A DNA stretch of 61,648 nucleotides, taken from Burkholderiales bacterium (GTDB taxonomy: Bacteria > Pseudomonadota > Gammaproteobacteria > Burkholderiales > SG8-41). Of this stretch, positions 1-11,733 are shown one piece after another (positions within the stretch are counted from its first letter, which is position 1; each line of letters starts with the position of its first letter). The stretch is from the NCBI GenBank assembly GCA_050741255.1, contig JBOIEQ010000004.1, forward strand, positions 1 through 61,648, given 5' to 3'. The notes under the pieces were generated by a model, which worked only from the letters and a program-made list of their open reading frames with translations, did no database searches and was not told the origin of the DNA. Made by a program: the position numbers and the translations under genes.

Positions 1-481
1 AGAACGGGATATCGTCGTCCATGTCGTCGAAGCCGCCGCCCTTCTTGGCCGGCGCCGCGCCGGCCGCGGCCTTCTCGCCGCCGCCGCTCTTCTCGGCGCG
101 CGGCGGACGGCCGCCGCCTTCACCCCCGGCAGCCCCCCCGCCCATGCCGCCACGCGAGCCCAGCATCTGCATGCGGTCGGCGACGACTTCGGTCGAATAC
201 TTGTCCTGGCCGTCCTTGTCCTGCCACTTGCGGGTGCGAATGCGGCCCTCCACGTAGCACTGCGAGCCCTTCTTCAGGTACTCGCCCGCGATTTCGGCCA
301 GCTTGCCGAAGAAGGCGATGCGGTGCCACTCGGTGTGCTCCTGCTTTTCCCCGCTCTTGTCCTTCCACTGGTCGGTGGTGGCGAGGCGGATGTTGGTCAC
401 GGCGTCCCCGCTGGGGAGATACCGCACTTCGGGGTCGGCGCCCAGATTGCCGACGAGGATTACCTTATTGACGGATGCCAT
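1..481 (-). CDS. ssb: single-stranded DNA-binding protein (3' end at window edge, stop codon not seen)
   Basis: Absent from the ORF track because it is truncated. My translation from ATG at 481 gives [40 protein letters not shown]..., then a Gly-rich linker, then ...[16 protein letters not shown]. The OB-fold N-terminus and acidic DDDIPF tail are SSB hallmarks. Confidence 0.9.
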   Translation of the reverse strand, partial: MASVNKVILVGNLGADPEVRYLPSGDAVTNIRLATTDQWKDKSGEKQEHTEWHRIAFFGKLAEIAGEYLKKGSQCYVEGRIRTRKWQDKDGQDKYSTEVVADRMQMLGSRGGMGGGAAGGEGGGRPPRAEKSGGGEKAAAGAAPAKKGGGFDDMDDDIPF

Positions 482-1827
482 TACGCCTGTCCTCCGATTA
501 ACTTTAATGCATTTTGCTCGTCGAAACGGGCGGCGTCCACTTTGAGATGGGCCACGCGTTCGGTCTCGGAAATCAGCACTTCCTGCACGCCCGGCAGGCG
601 CTCCAGCGCCAGGGACAGCGTCGGATACTCGCTCGCGAGATCAGGCGCCAGCGGGTAGCTGCGTGTCTCCGCCCGCGCCGGCACCCGCATGGCGCCCGCT
701 ACCGCCAGCCATGAAGCGGCCAGCAGCACCAGGAACACGGTCAAGCCCCAAGCGCCATGGCGCTGGAACAGATAACCCCCAACCGCGGCACCCACGAAGG
801 TGCCGAGAAACTGCACGGTACTATAGATCCCAATGGCGGCACCCTTCCCGGCCACGGGCGCAAACCGGGTAGCGAGCGACGGCAGCAGCGCCTCCAGCAC
901 GTTGAACGCCGTGAAAAACACCACCAGGAAAGCCACTGTCGGGCCCGCTTGCGACAACACCCACGGCATGGCCGCAAGCGCGCCGGCCAACAGCGCGATG
1001 GCACCCACGAATACCCGCTTCGTCGCCTGCTTGCGCTCCGACAGAAACACCGCCGGCAGCATGCACGCAAACGACGCCAGCATGACCGGCAGATACACCT
1101 TCCAGTGCGCTTCAAGCGGCAGCCCTGCGTCGCGCAGCGACAGCGGCACGGCAATGAACAGCGCCATGAGGATGGCGTGCAGCGCGAATACGCCCCAGTT
1201 GAGTCGCAGCAGTTCCGCGGACAGCAGCACTTCGCGGAAGCGCGGCGGTGCGCGGCGCGCAATCCGTGCGGGCTCGGGAGGCACCACAAAGGCCACGACG
1301 GGAATCGCGGCCACCACCAGCACACCGGTCAGCGCGAAAATGCCCGGCACGCCGATCAGATGGTTAAGCCAGGGGCTCAGGATCAGCGACAGCGCGAACG
1401 TCGCGCCGATCGACGATCCGATCAGGGCCATGGCCTTGGTGCGCACTTCGTCGCGCGTGAGGTCGGCCAGCATGGCGATGACCGCCGCGGAGATGGCACC
1501 CGCGCCCTGCACGGCACGCCCGAGTATGACGATCCAGATGTCCGTAGCGGCTGCGGCAATGAAACTGCCGGCCGCGAACAGGACAAGCCCGGTGTAAATC
1601 AGCGGCTTGCGCCCCCAGCGGTCCGAGAGCAGGCCGAACGGAATCTGCAGGAGGCCCTGCACCAGGCCGTACGCGCCGATGGCGGCGCCCACCAGCAACA
1701 GATCCCCGCCGCCCCGCAATTGTTCGGAATAGATCGCGAACACCGGGAGGATCACAAACAGTCCGAACATGCGCAGACCGTAAAGCGAGGCGAGCGACAG
1801 GCTCGCGCGCAACTCAGCGGACGTCAT
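481..1827 (-). CDS. MFS-family transporter, substrate unknown
   Basis: ORF 481..1902, trimmed to ATG 1827 ([24 protein letters not shown]...). Many hydrophobic spans and the MFS loop motif [11 protein letters not shown]. Its stop overlaps the ssb start (TAATG at 479-483). Confidence 0.8.
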   Translation of the reverse strand: MTSAELRASLSLASLYGLRMFGLFVILPVFAIYSEQLRGGGDLLLVGAAIGAYGLVQGLLQIPFGLLSDRWGRKPLIYTGLVLFAAGSFIAAAATDIWIVILGRAVQGAGAISAAVIAMLADLTRDEVRTKAMALIGSSIGATFALSLILSPWLNHLIGVPGIFALTGVLVVAAIPVVAFVVPPEPARIARRAPPRFREVLLSAELLRLNWGVFALHAILMALFIAVPLSLRDAGLPLEAHWKVYLPVMLASFACMLPAVFLSERKQATKRVFVGAIALLAGALAAMPWVLSQAGPTVAFLVVFFTAFNVLEALLPSLATRFAPVAGKGAAIGIYSTVQFLGTFVGAAVGGYLFQRHGAWGLTVFLVLLAASWLAVAGAMRVPARAETRSYPLAPDLASEYPTLSLALERLPGVQEVLISETERVAHLKVDAARFDEQNALKLIGGQA

Positions 1828-1984
1828 GCGGTAGGCGGAAGACACGGGACGGGAGACCGGAGGCGGGGAAAATAAGAACAAAAAGCGCGCGGTCGGAACC
1901 AAAAGACCGGAAAAATTGTGAAGAGCGTTGGGTACTGCTGGACAACTTCGCTATAGTAGCAGGTTCGCCTCCTCTCACGGCCGC

Positions 1985-4798
<2,814 letters not shown>

Positions 4799-4814
4799 CA
4801 AGGCAAAACCTTTA

Positions 4815-4849
4815 GCCGCAGATACACGCAGATAGACGCGGATAAATCG
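4815..4849. repeat. left arm of an inverted repeat: three tandem 10-bp GCAGATAnAC-like units
   Basis: The sequence gccgcagatacacgcagatagacgcggataaatcg matches the reverse complement of 5280..5314 at 31 of 35 positions (hand alignment). Confidence 0.8.
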
Positions 4850-4856
4850 AAAGGCG

Positions 4857-5252
4857 ATGGTGATGGATGTTGATGAGCAGAGACAGCGAATTAACCAGAT
4901 CACCGAGAAGATCATCAATTGCGCCTATCGTGTCGGCAACACGTTGGGCAGCGGTTTTCTCGAACGAGTCTACGAAAATGCCCTGACAGTTGAGTTACGG
5001 CAGAATGAGCTACAGGTAGAGCAGCAGCACCCGATCCGCGTTTTCTATAATGAAGTGCTGGTTGGCGACTTTAATGCGGACTTGTTGGTCGAGAACTGCG
5101 TGGTCGTGGAACTGAAAACTGCGCGAGCGTTGGACGAGGCACATTCTGCGCAATGCATGAATTACCTGAAGGCGACCGGTCTGAAAGTTTGTTTGCTCAT
5201 CAACTTCGGCAAACCGCGCGTTGATGTCAAACGCATTGTTCTGGATTTTTAA
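4857..5252 (+). CDS. GxxExxY family protein (PD-(D/E)XK nuclease-like fold)
   Basis: 131 aa. Contains GSGFLERVYENAL (the G-x-x-E-x-x-Y signature), then DLLVENCVVVELK and QCMNYLKATGLKVCLLINFG. Visibly lower GC and AT-rich third codon positions compared with its neighbours. Confidence 0.8.
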   Translation: MVMDVDEQRQRINQITEKIINCAYRVGNTLGSGFLERVYENALTVELRQNELQVEQQHPIRVFYNEVLVGDFNADLLVENCVVVELKTARALDEAHSAQCMNYLKATGLKVCLLINFGKPRVDVKRIVLDF

Positions 5253-5279
5253 CCGGTTCTAACCATGAATTCGTTTTCC

Positions 5280-5314
5280 CGCTTTATCTGCGTTTATCTG
5301 CGTTTATCTGCGGC
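5280..5314. repeat. right arm of the inverted repeat: three tandem 10-bp TATCTGCGTT-like units
   Basis: cgctttatctgcgtttatctgcgtttatctgcggc is the inverted partner of 4815..4849. Confidence 0.8.
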
Positions 5315-5336
5315 TGCTTGCCTTTGAAATAGTCCT

Positions 5337-6608
5337 ATGCATCCTCGCGACCTCCTCCTCGCCAGCTACCGCGCCGCCGTGGGCGCCGCGGATCCGCTGA
5401 AGATCGTTCCCGCGCACCTGCCGAAGCCCCCGCGCGGCCGCACGCTCGCCATCGGCGCCGGCAAGGCCGCCGCGGCGATGGCCGCGGCCGTGGAAAGCAC
5501 CTGGCCCGCCGGCACATCGCTCTCCGGCCTCGTCATCACCCGTTACGGGCACGGTCTGCCGACCAAACGCATTGAGGTCATCGAAGCCGGCCATCCGGTG
5601 CCAGACGAGGCGGGCGAGCGCGCGGCGCAGCGCATCCGGGATGAAGTCGCAGCACTCGGCCCCGACGATCTGCTCCTCGCGCTGGTCTCCGGCGGCGGGT
5701 CGGCTCTGCTCTCGCTGCCGGTGCCGTCGATCACGATGGCCGACCTGAAAGCGACCACGAAGGAACTGCTCCGCTGCGGCGCAAGAATCGAGGAGATCAA
5801 TACCGTCCGCAAGCACCTCTCCGCGATCCAGGGCGGGCGGCTCGCGGCGCAGTGCAAAGCGCCCATCCTGTCACTCGTGATCTCGGACGTGACGGGCGAC
5901 GACCCGACGCACATCGCCTCCGGACCGTGCGCACCCGACCCGACGACCTACGCGGACGCGCAGGCGATCCTGCTGCGCTACGGCTGCGCGGTGCCGGCGG
6001 CCGTGACCGCCACGCTGGCCCGCGGCCGGCGCGGCGAACTGGCCGAAACCCCCAAGCCCGGCGACGCGCTGTTCGCGCGCGTCGAGAACCGCGTGATCGC
6101 CACCGCGCAGCAGTCGCTCCAGGCGGCCGCCGACAAATTCCTCGGCAACGACATCACGCCGGTCATCCTGGGCGACAGCGTTACCGGCGAAGCGCGCGAG
6201 GTGGCGAAGGTCTACGGCGCGCTGGCGCGCCAGATCCGCGCGCACGGCACGCCGTTCAACACGCCGGTGGCGCTGATTTCCGGCGGCGAATGCACGGTGA
6301 CGGTGAGGGGCAAGGGCCGCGGGGGACGCTGCGCGGAATTCCTGCTCGCACTTGCGGCGGATCTGGAAGGCGCACCGGGCATCTTTGCCCTGGCGGCGGA
6401 CACCGACGGCATCGACGGCTCGGAGGACAACGCCGGCGCGCTGCTCGCGCCGGATTCGCTCACGCGCGCGCAGGCGCTGGGCGTACGGGCGGGCGAGCGG
6501 CTGGCCGACAACGACGGCTACGGGTTTTTCTCGGCGCTCGGCGACCTCGTCGTCACCGGGCCGACGCGCACCAACGTCAACGACTACCGCGCGATCCTGC
6601 TGGTCTGA
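5337..6608 (+). CDS. glycerate 2-kinase / hydroxypyruvate-reductase-like protein (DUF4147 + MOFRL domains)
   Basis: 423 aa. N-terminal AIGAGKAAAAMAAAVE. C-terminal ISGGECTVTVRGKGRGGRCAEFLLALA...ALAADTDGIDGSEDNAGA, typical of the MOFRL family. Confidence 0.8.
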   Translation: MHPRDLLLASYRAAVGAADPLKIVPAHLPKPPRGRTLAIGAGKAAAAMAAAVESTWPAGTSLSGLVITRYGHGLPTKRIEVIEAGHPVPDEAGERAAQRIRDEVAALGPDDLLLALVSGGGSALLSLPVPSITMADLKATTKELLRCGARIEEINTVRKHLSAIQGGRLAAQCKAPILSLVISDVTGDDPTHIASGPCAPDPTTYADAQAILLRYGCAVPAAVTATLARGRRGELAETPKPGDALFARVENRVIATAQQSLQAAADKFLGNDITPVILGDSVTGEAREVAKVYGALARQIRAHGTPFNTPVALISGGECTVTVRGKGRGGRCAEFLLALAADLEGAPGIFALAADTDGIDGSEDNAGALLAPDSLTRAQALGVRAGERLADNDGYGFFSALGDLVVTGPTRTNVNDYRAILLV

Positions 6609-6650
6609 CCGCCGCCGGACGCCGGCGGCGAATGTGCCGGGCGCCTGCGA

Positions 6651-6977
6651 TTACTCGAACTTCACTTCCGCCACGGTCAGATTGCCGGTCGAGGGATTGC
6701 GCGCGAAGATCACCTGGTCTTTCGCGTCCATCTTGTTGCCATTCGCGAGGCTGAACGTGACCGACGTGTAGGTCCAGACCACGCGGTCCGGGTTGCTGGC
6801 ATCGACGGCATCCGGCTTGCCGATGGCCTTCTGCACTTCCGCGTCGGACTTGCTCATCACGGCGGTGGTGAAATCCTGGCGCTCAAGCTTGGGGCCGCAG
6901 CCGGCGAGGACAGCGATCACGGCGGTACAGGCGGCGACGCGCAGCGCGCGGTGGAAACGATCGTTCAGGGTCAGCAT
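6651..6977 (-). CDS. small lipoprotein, function unknown (possibly SmpA/OmlA-like)
   Basis: 108 aa. Signal peptide with lipobox AVLAGC. No confident family assignment. Confidence 0.55.
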   Translation of the reverse strand: MLTLNDRFHRALRVAACTAVIAVLAGCGPKLERQDFTTAVMSKSDAEVQKAIGKPDAVDASNPDRVVWTYTSVTFSLANGNKMDAKDQVIFARNPSTGNLTVAEVKFE

Positions 6978-7100
6978 GTGACGCTCTCCATTCGGGATTC
7001 GACATTCGCGATTCGGAACTCGGCTACGCCCGCAGCGGCTCCGCCGTGTCTGGCACGGAACGGCAGTCTAGGCGGCCTACCTTACCCGAGGCTTACGGCG

Positions 7101-8081
7101 TCATTCCGGGGTGATCCCGGCCCCCTTGAACACTTTCGACCACTTGGCGATCTCGCCGGGCACGAAATTGCGCAGGCTCTCCGGCGTCGAATCGTCCACC
7201 ACTTCGACGCCCAGCCCGTCCAGCCGCGCCCGCGTCGCCGGGTCCTTGGCCACCGCATTGATCTCGCGGTTCAGCCGTTCGACGATCGCGCGCGGCGTCT
7301 TCGCCGGCGCGAAGAACATGTTCCACGTGTAGGCCTCGAAGCCGGGCAGGCCGGTCTCCGACACGGTGGGCAGGTCCGGCAGCGCGTGCGCGCGCCGCAG
7401 CGTGGCGGTGGCGATGCCGCGCAGAGGCCCGGCGCGCACATGACCCGCCGCCCCGCCGACGCCCTCGCACACCGCGCTGATGTGCCCTGCCAGCAGGTCG
7501 TTGATCGCGGGCCCGGTGCCTTTATAAGGGACGTGCACCATGTCGAGGCCGCCGCCCTGCTGCTTGAACATCTCGAAGCACATGTGGCTGATGCCGCCGG
7601 GGCCCGACGAACCGAACTTGTACTTGCCCGGATTGGCCTTCAATTCCGCGATCAGCGTCTTCACGTTCGTCGCCGGCAGCACCGCCGGGTTCACCATGAT
7701 CACCATCGGCACGTTGACCGCGAGCGCCACCGGGGCGAAGTCCTTGACCGCGTCATACGGCACTTTCTTGCCCGACGCCGGATGCAGGCCATGCGTGCTG
7801 ATCACGCCCAGGAGCAGCGTGTAACCATCCGGCGCCGCATTCTTCGCCAGTTCCGTGCCGATGACGCCTGCCGCGCCGGCCCGGTTGTCGACGATGACCG
7901 GCACGCCGAGATTCTCGGACAGCTTCTGCGCGTACACCCGGCCGACGATGTCGGTCGGTCCGCCCGCGGCATAGCCGATCACGATGCGGATCGGTTTATT
8001 GGGAAATTTCTCCTGCGCCCAGACGAACCCGGCACATAGCGCGCACGCCAGGGCCATCACGCTTCGCTGCAACATGGACAT
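7101..8081 (-). CDS. Bug/TctC-family periplasmic substrate-binding protein
   Basis: C-terminal 326 aa of the artefactual 781-aa ORF 7101..9446: MSMLQRSVMALACALCAGFVWAQEKFPNKPIRIVIGYAAGGPTDIVGR...DNRAGAAG...APDGYTLLL...VPYKG. GGAGGA precedes the start, so ATG 8075 may be the true start. Confidence 0.85.
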   Translation of the reverse strand: MSMLQRSVMALACALCAGFVWAQEKFPNKPIRIVIGYAAGGPTDIVGRVYAQKLSENLGVPVIVDNRAGAAGVIGTELAKNAAPDGYTLLLGVISTHGLHPASGKKVPYDAVKDFAPVALAVNVPMVIMVNPAVLPATNVKTLIAELKANPGKYKFGSSGPGGISHMCFEMFKQQGGGLDMVHVPYKGTGPAINDLLAGHISAVCEGVGGAAGHVRAGPLRGIATATLRRAHALPDLPTVSETGLPGFEAYTWNMFFAPAKTPRAIVERLNREINAVAKDPATRARLDGLGVEVVDDSTPESLRNFVPGEIAKWSKVFKGAGITPE

Positions 8082-8089
8082 CCTCCTCG

Positions 8090-9397
8090 TTATTTTCTGA
8101 TGGCCTTCTTGCGCGATGCTTTCCGCGCTTCCGCGGCAACGGCCGTTTCCTCCGGAAACCGCGTGTCCTCGACGATGCCCTCGCGCGCGAGCGCCGGCAG
8201 TTCCGCCTCGTCGCCGGCGATGCAGCCGTAGCGCTGCAGCACCGCGATCGTGTCCTCCCCGAGCCGCGGTGGCGGCTTGCGCACGCTTTCCCGGAACTTT
8301 TCGTACTTCACCGGCCGCACCGGCACGCGCATGCGCCCGCGGCCGAGCGGTTCGAGCAACTCGCGCTGTTTGACCTGTGGGTGCTCGACCAGGTCCGCGA
8401 CATTCAGCACCGGACCGCAGGGCACGTCGTGCGCCTGGAAGACCGCCTCCCACTCGGCGGTGGTCTTCTGCTTCATCACCGCGCACAATTCCTTGAACAG
8501 CGGCGCGCTGTGCTGGGCCCGTGTGGTCAGTGTGACGTAGCGCGGGTCTTCCAGCCATTGCGGCCGGTCGAGCGCGACACACAGGTTGCGCCAGAAGCCC
8601 TGGTTGAACGCCGCCACCACGATGTGGCCGTCCGCGGAGGGGAAGCCGCCCATCGGCACCACCGTCGGATGCGCACCGCCCGTGCGCATCGGCACCTTGC
8701 CCGTCAGCTCGTAATACGGCACGTAGTAGCCGAGGATGTTGAACAGGCAGTCGAAATTGCTGACGTCGAGGTACTGCCCCCGTCCGTGACGCTCCTTCTC
8801 GCGGATCGCGACGACGATTGCCATCGCCGCATACAGGCCGGGAATGAAGTCGCCCACGGAAAGTCCCGCCCGCACCGGCGGGCCGTCGGCTTCGCCCGTC
8901 AGCGACATCAGCCCCGACATCGCCTGGATCACGCCGTCGAAGGCGGGCCGGTCGCGCAGCGGGCTCTCCTGGCCGAAGCCGCTGATCGCGCAATACACCA
9001 GCCCGGGATTCGTTTTCGCCAGTTCCTCGTGTCCCAGTCCCAGCGCTTCCATCACGCCCGGGCGGAAGTTGTGGATCAGCACATCGGCCTGAGCGATCAA
9101 CTGGTCGAGAAACGCCTTGCCGCGCGGATGCTTGATGTTCAGCGACACGCTGTGCTTGTTGCGGTTCACCGCCGCGAAGAAATGGCTGATGCCGTCGTCG
9201 TGCGGTGGCGTGCCGCGCGCGGTGTCGCCGCGCCCGGGCGCCTCGATCTTGAGCACGGTTGCGCCGAGGTCGGCGAGGATCATCGAGGCGAAAGGTCCCG
9301 CGATCACGTGGGTCAGATCGACAATGGTGATGCCGGACAGCGGCAATGCGCCGTCCGCACTCTTGCCCGTGGCCGATGCGGCCTTCTGCTGCGACAT
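8090..9397 (-). CDS. family III CoA-transferase (CaiB/BaiF-like)
   Basis: ORF 8090..9403 (TTG), trimmed to ATG 9397. Contains LSGITIVDLTHVIAGPFASMILADLGATVLKIEAPGRGD. Basic C-terminal extension ...ARKASRKKAIRK. Confidence 0.85.
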   Translation of the reverse strand: MSQQKAASATGKSADGALPLSGITIVDLTHVIAGPFASMILADLGATVLKIEAPGRGDTARGTPPHDDGISHFFAAVNRNKHSVSLNIKHPRGKAFLDQLIAQADVLIHNFRPGVMEALGLGHEELAKTNPGLVYCAISGFGQESPLRDRPAFDGVIQAMSGLMSLTGEADGPPVRAGLSVGDFIPGLYAAMAIVVAIREKERHGRGQYLDVSNFDCLFNILGYYVPYYELTGKVPMRTGGAHPTVVPMGGFPSADGHIVVAAFNQGFWRNLCVALDRPQWLEDPRYVTLTTRAQHSAPLFKELCAVMKQKTTAEWEAVFQAHDVPCGPVLNVADLVEHPQVKQRELLEPLGRGRMRVPVRPVKYEKFRESVRKPPPRLGEDTIAVLQRYGCIAGDEAELPALAREGIVEDTRFPEETAVAAEARKASRKKAIRK

Positions 9398-9399
9398 GC

Positions 9400-10587
9400 T
9401 CAATGACTCCGCGTCGCGGTGGAAGCGCGCGTGGCGGACACGGCATCCTTGCCGAGAAAATGCTCGGTATGGGAACCCAGCGCGGGCGGCCCCTGCCGCG
9501 CGCCGCGCGACCCGTTGATCTTGAACGGCGGCCCCGCGGTGGTGAGCTTCCCGCCCGCGGCGTGGTCCACTTCGATCATCACCCCGTTGCTGCGCACCGG
9601 CTCATTCGCCATCACCTCGTTCAGCGTGTTCAGCGGGCCGTTGGGCACCTGCGCACGATCGAGCGCGGCCAGCCAGTAGGCGCGCGGCTTGTCCTTGAAA
9701 ATGCCGTTCAGCAGGCGATTCACTTCGTCGCGGTTCGCCACCCGCTCCACGATCGTGGCAAACCCGGCGCGTGCGCCGTATTCGGGAATCCCCAGCGCGT
9801 CGCACACACCGCGCCAGTATTCGTCGCGCGTCGCCGCGATCACGAAAGGGCCATCGGCCGCGTGAAAGACGTCCCACGGGCAGGCCTGCGGATGCCCGCT
9901 GCCGAGGCGCGGCAGCTCGCCGCCGGTGGCGAGCACTTGCTGCAGCCGGAGGCCCAGCAGCGACACCATCGCATCGAGCATGCCGAGCTCCACGCGTTGC
10001 GGCTCGCCGGTGCGCCGGCTCGCGTGCACGGCCATCATGATGCCCAGCGCCGCGGTGACGCCGGAATGGATGTCGGCGATCGGCGCGCCTGCGGGCAGCG
10101 GACCGCCGCCGGGTTCGCCGGTGATGCTCATGATGCCGGACACTGCCTGCAGCACCACATCCAGCCCCTGCTTGTCCTTGTACGCGCCGTCGGCGCCGAA
10201 GGCCGAGATCGAGCAATAGACGATCTTCGGATTCAATTCGACCAGCCGCTCGTAAGAGAGGCCCAGCCGCGCCATCGTGCCCGGCCGGAAGTTCTCCACC
10301 ACGACGTCCGCCGTGCGGATCAGGTTCTCCGCCTGCGCGAGACCGCCCTCCGCCTTGAGGTCGATCACGACGCTTTTCTTGTTGCGGTTCAGCGCCAGGA
10401 AACCGACGTGCTCGCCTTTCACCCGCACGGTGCCCGACGTGCGGAAGGCCTCCCCCTCCGGCGGCTCGATCTTCACCACCTCCGCGCCGTAATCGCCCAG
10501 CAGCATCGTGCACATGGGTCCCGCGGCATGGTGCGTGAAATCGACGACGCGCAGCCCCTCGAGCGGCAGCGAACTTGAAGACGTCAT
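9400..10587 (-). CDS. family III CoA-transferase (CaiB/BaiF-like)
   Basis: Trimmed to ATG 10587: MTSSSSLPLEGLRVVDFTHHAAGPMCTMLLGDYGAEVVKIEPPEGE. Its stop lies 2 nt before the next gene's ATG. Confidence 0.85.
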   Translation of the reverse strand: MTSSSSLPLEGLRVVDFTHHAAGPMCTMLLGDYGAEVVKIEPPEGEAFRTSGTVRVKGEHVGFLALNRNKKSVVIDLKAEGGLAQAENLIRTADVVVENFRPGTMARLGLSYERLVELNPKIVYCSISAFGADGAYKDKQGLDVVLQAVSGIMSITGEPGGGPLPAGAPIADIHSGVTAALGIMMAVHASRRTGEPQRVELGMLDAMVSLLGLRLQQVLATGGELPRLGSGHPQACPWDVFHAADGPFVIAATRDEYWRGVCDALGIPEYGARAGFATIVERVANRDEVNRLLNGIFKDKPRAYWLAALDRAQVPNGPLNTLNEVMANEPVRSNGVMIEVDHAAGGKLTTAGPPFKINGSRGARQGPPALGSHTEHFLGKDAVSATRASTATRSH

Positions 10588-10595
10588 GACGGCGC

Positions 10596-11534
10596 CTACA
10601 GCCCCGCCATGCCGCCGCGCGGCGGAATGATCGGCCGCTCGTCGTCGGGACCGAAGCCACCGAGCGGCGCATAGATCTCGCGGCGTTTGGCCACCGCCGC
10701 GGACGCGCCCTTGCTGCGCACTTCCTTGAAGAAGGCAAACTCGCCCTCCTCGAAGCGCAGCTTGAGTCCCAGGGTGTGTCCGAAGTAAAGCTCGGTGAAG
10801 GCCTGCCCCATGCCCATCGCCTCCCACACGAGATGCGTATAGGCCTTGCCGGACACGATGCCGTCGATCGGCAACAGGGCAATGCGCCGCGCCTCGTTCA
10901 TGACTTCGTCGGCCAGCTGTTCCTTCGGCACCGCGCGGTTGACCAGTCCGATCAGCGACGCCTCCCGTCCGCTCCAGGTGCGCCCGCTGATCATCATCTC
11001 GCGCGTGCGCTTGTAGCCGATCAGATGCGCGTAGAGCCGAATCAGCGTGATGCCGGAGATGCCGCCGACCTGGCCGAGATTGCCGATGTGGGCGTCTTCC
11101 GCCGCGATCGAAATGTCACAGCAGGCCTGCAGCTGGTTGCCGAGCTCGATGCACTGGCCGGCAATCTGCGCGATGGTCGGCTTCAGCGAGAAGAACAGGC
11201 GTTTCCACACATTGCGGTAATGCCGCTGCATGCGCAGCTGATGGCGGTTCGGCTGCCCCTTCGGATCAGTCTTGGAGCGGGTGCCGAAGCCCTCGAAATA
11301 CCCCTCGAGGTCGTGGCCCCCACAGAAGTGATCGCCCTCGCCGCGGATGACCACGACCTTGACGTCGTCGTTGCCTTCCCAGTCGTCGATGGCCGCCAGC
11401 AACTGGTCCTCGCCCCAGAAGGGCGACGCGTTGCGCTTCCCCGGATTGCTGAGCGTGACGGTAGCGATCTTCGTGGCCGGATCGACCACGTACTTAATGT
11501 ATTCGTAGGGATACTTCTTCTGTTCAGCGCTCAT
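10596..11534 (-). CDS. enoyl-CoA hydratase/isomerase (crotonase) superfamily protein
   Basis: Trimmed to ATG 11534: MSAEQKKYPYEYIKYVVDPATKIATVTLSNPGKRNA...VVVIRGEGDHFCGGHDL. First gene of a 4-gene minus-strand operon. Confidence 0.8.
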   Translation of the reverse strand: MSAEQKKYPYEYIKYVVDPATKIATVTLSNPGKRNASPFWGEDQLLAAIDDWEGNDDVKVVVIRGEGDHFCGGHDLEGYFEGFGTRSKTDPKGQPNRHQLRMQRHYRNVWKRLFFSLKPTIAQIAGQCIELGNQLQACCDISIAAEDAHIGNLGQVGGISGITLIRLYAHLIGYKRTREMMISGRTWSGREASLIGLVNRAVPKEQLADEVMNEARRIALLPIDGIVSGKAYTHLVWEAMGMGQAFTELYFGHTLGLKLRFEEGEFAFFKEVRSKGASAAVAKRREIYAPLGGFGPDDERPIIPPRGGMAGL

Positions 11535-11615
11535 GGATGCGGTCTCGTTTCCGGTTTTCGTTTGCGGCCGAATGGTCGCAGGAGGGTGCGGGATGTTGTG
11601 GGACTGCTGCGGATT

Positions 11616-11649
11616 GTGCGAATATCGCACTAATGTGCGTATTGCGAAT
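11616..11649. promoter_or_regulatory. candidate IclR/PcaR-type operator: perfect 6-3-6 palindrome GTGCGAATATCGCAC plus an adjacent related box GTGCGTATTGCGAAT
   Basis: Read directly in the divergent crotonase/IclR intergenic region. It resembles the 15-bp PcaR box of Pseudomonas pca promoters as I recall it (GTTCGATAATCGCAC). Confidence 0.45.
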
Positions 11650-11733
11650 AGGCTACCGCCACCGCCCGCCGCCCGTCAATCGTGCGGCGCAACAGCCGTC
11701 TCCCCGGTTGCGCCGTTGCCCATGCCCGCTAAC

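Noticed and set aside
1931-1962. Possible LexA/SOS box upstream of uvrA (tactgctggacaacttcgctatagtagcagg)
   Set aside because: It does not fit CTGT-N8-ACAG. The apparent symmetry (tactgct / agtagca) is not a true inverted repeat.
5280-5314. Tandem tatctgcgtt x3, considered as a mini CRISPR or VNTR
   Set aside because: The units are only 10 bp with no spacers. They are better explained as one arm of the inverted repeat flanking the GxxExxY gene.
7101-9446. 781-aa ORF suggesting a large fusion protein
   Set aside because: Only the last roughly 326 aa (from MSMLQRS...) is a Bug protein with its own RBS. The upstream part is an out-of-frame shadow of the CoA-transferase gene 8090..9397.
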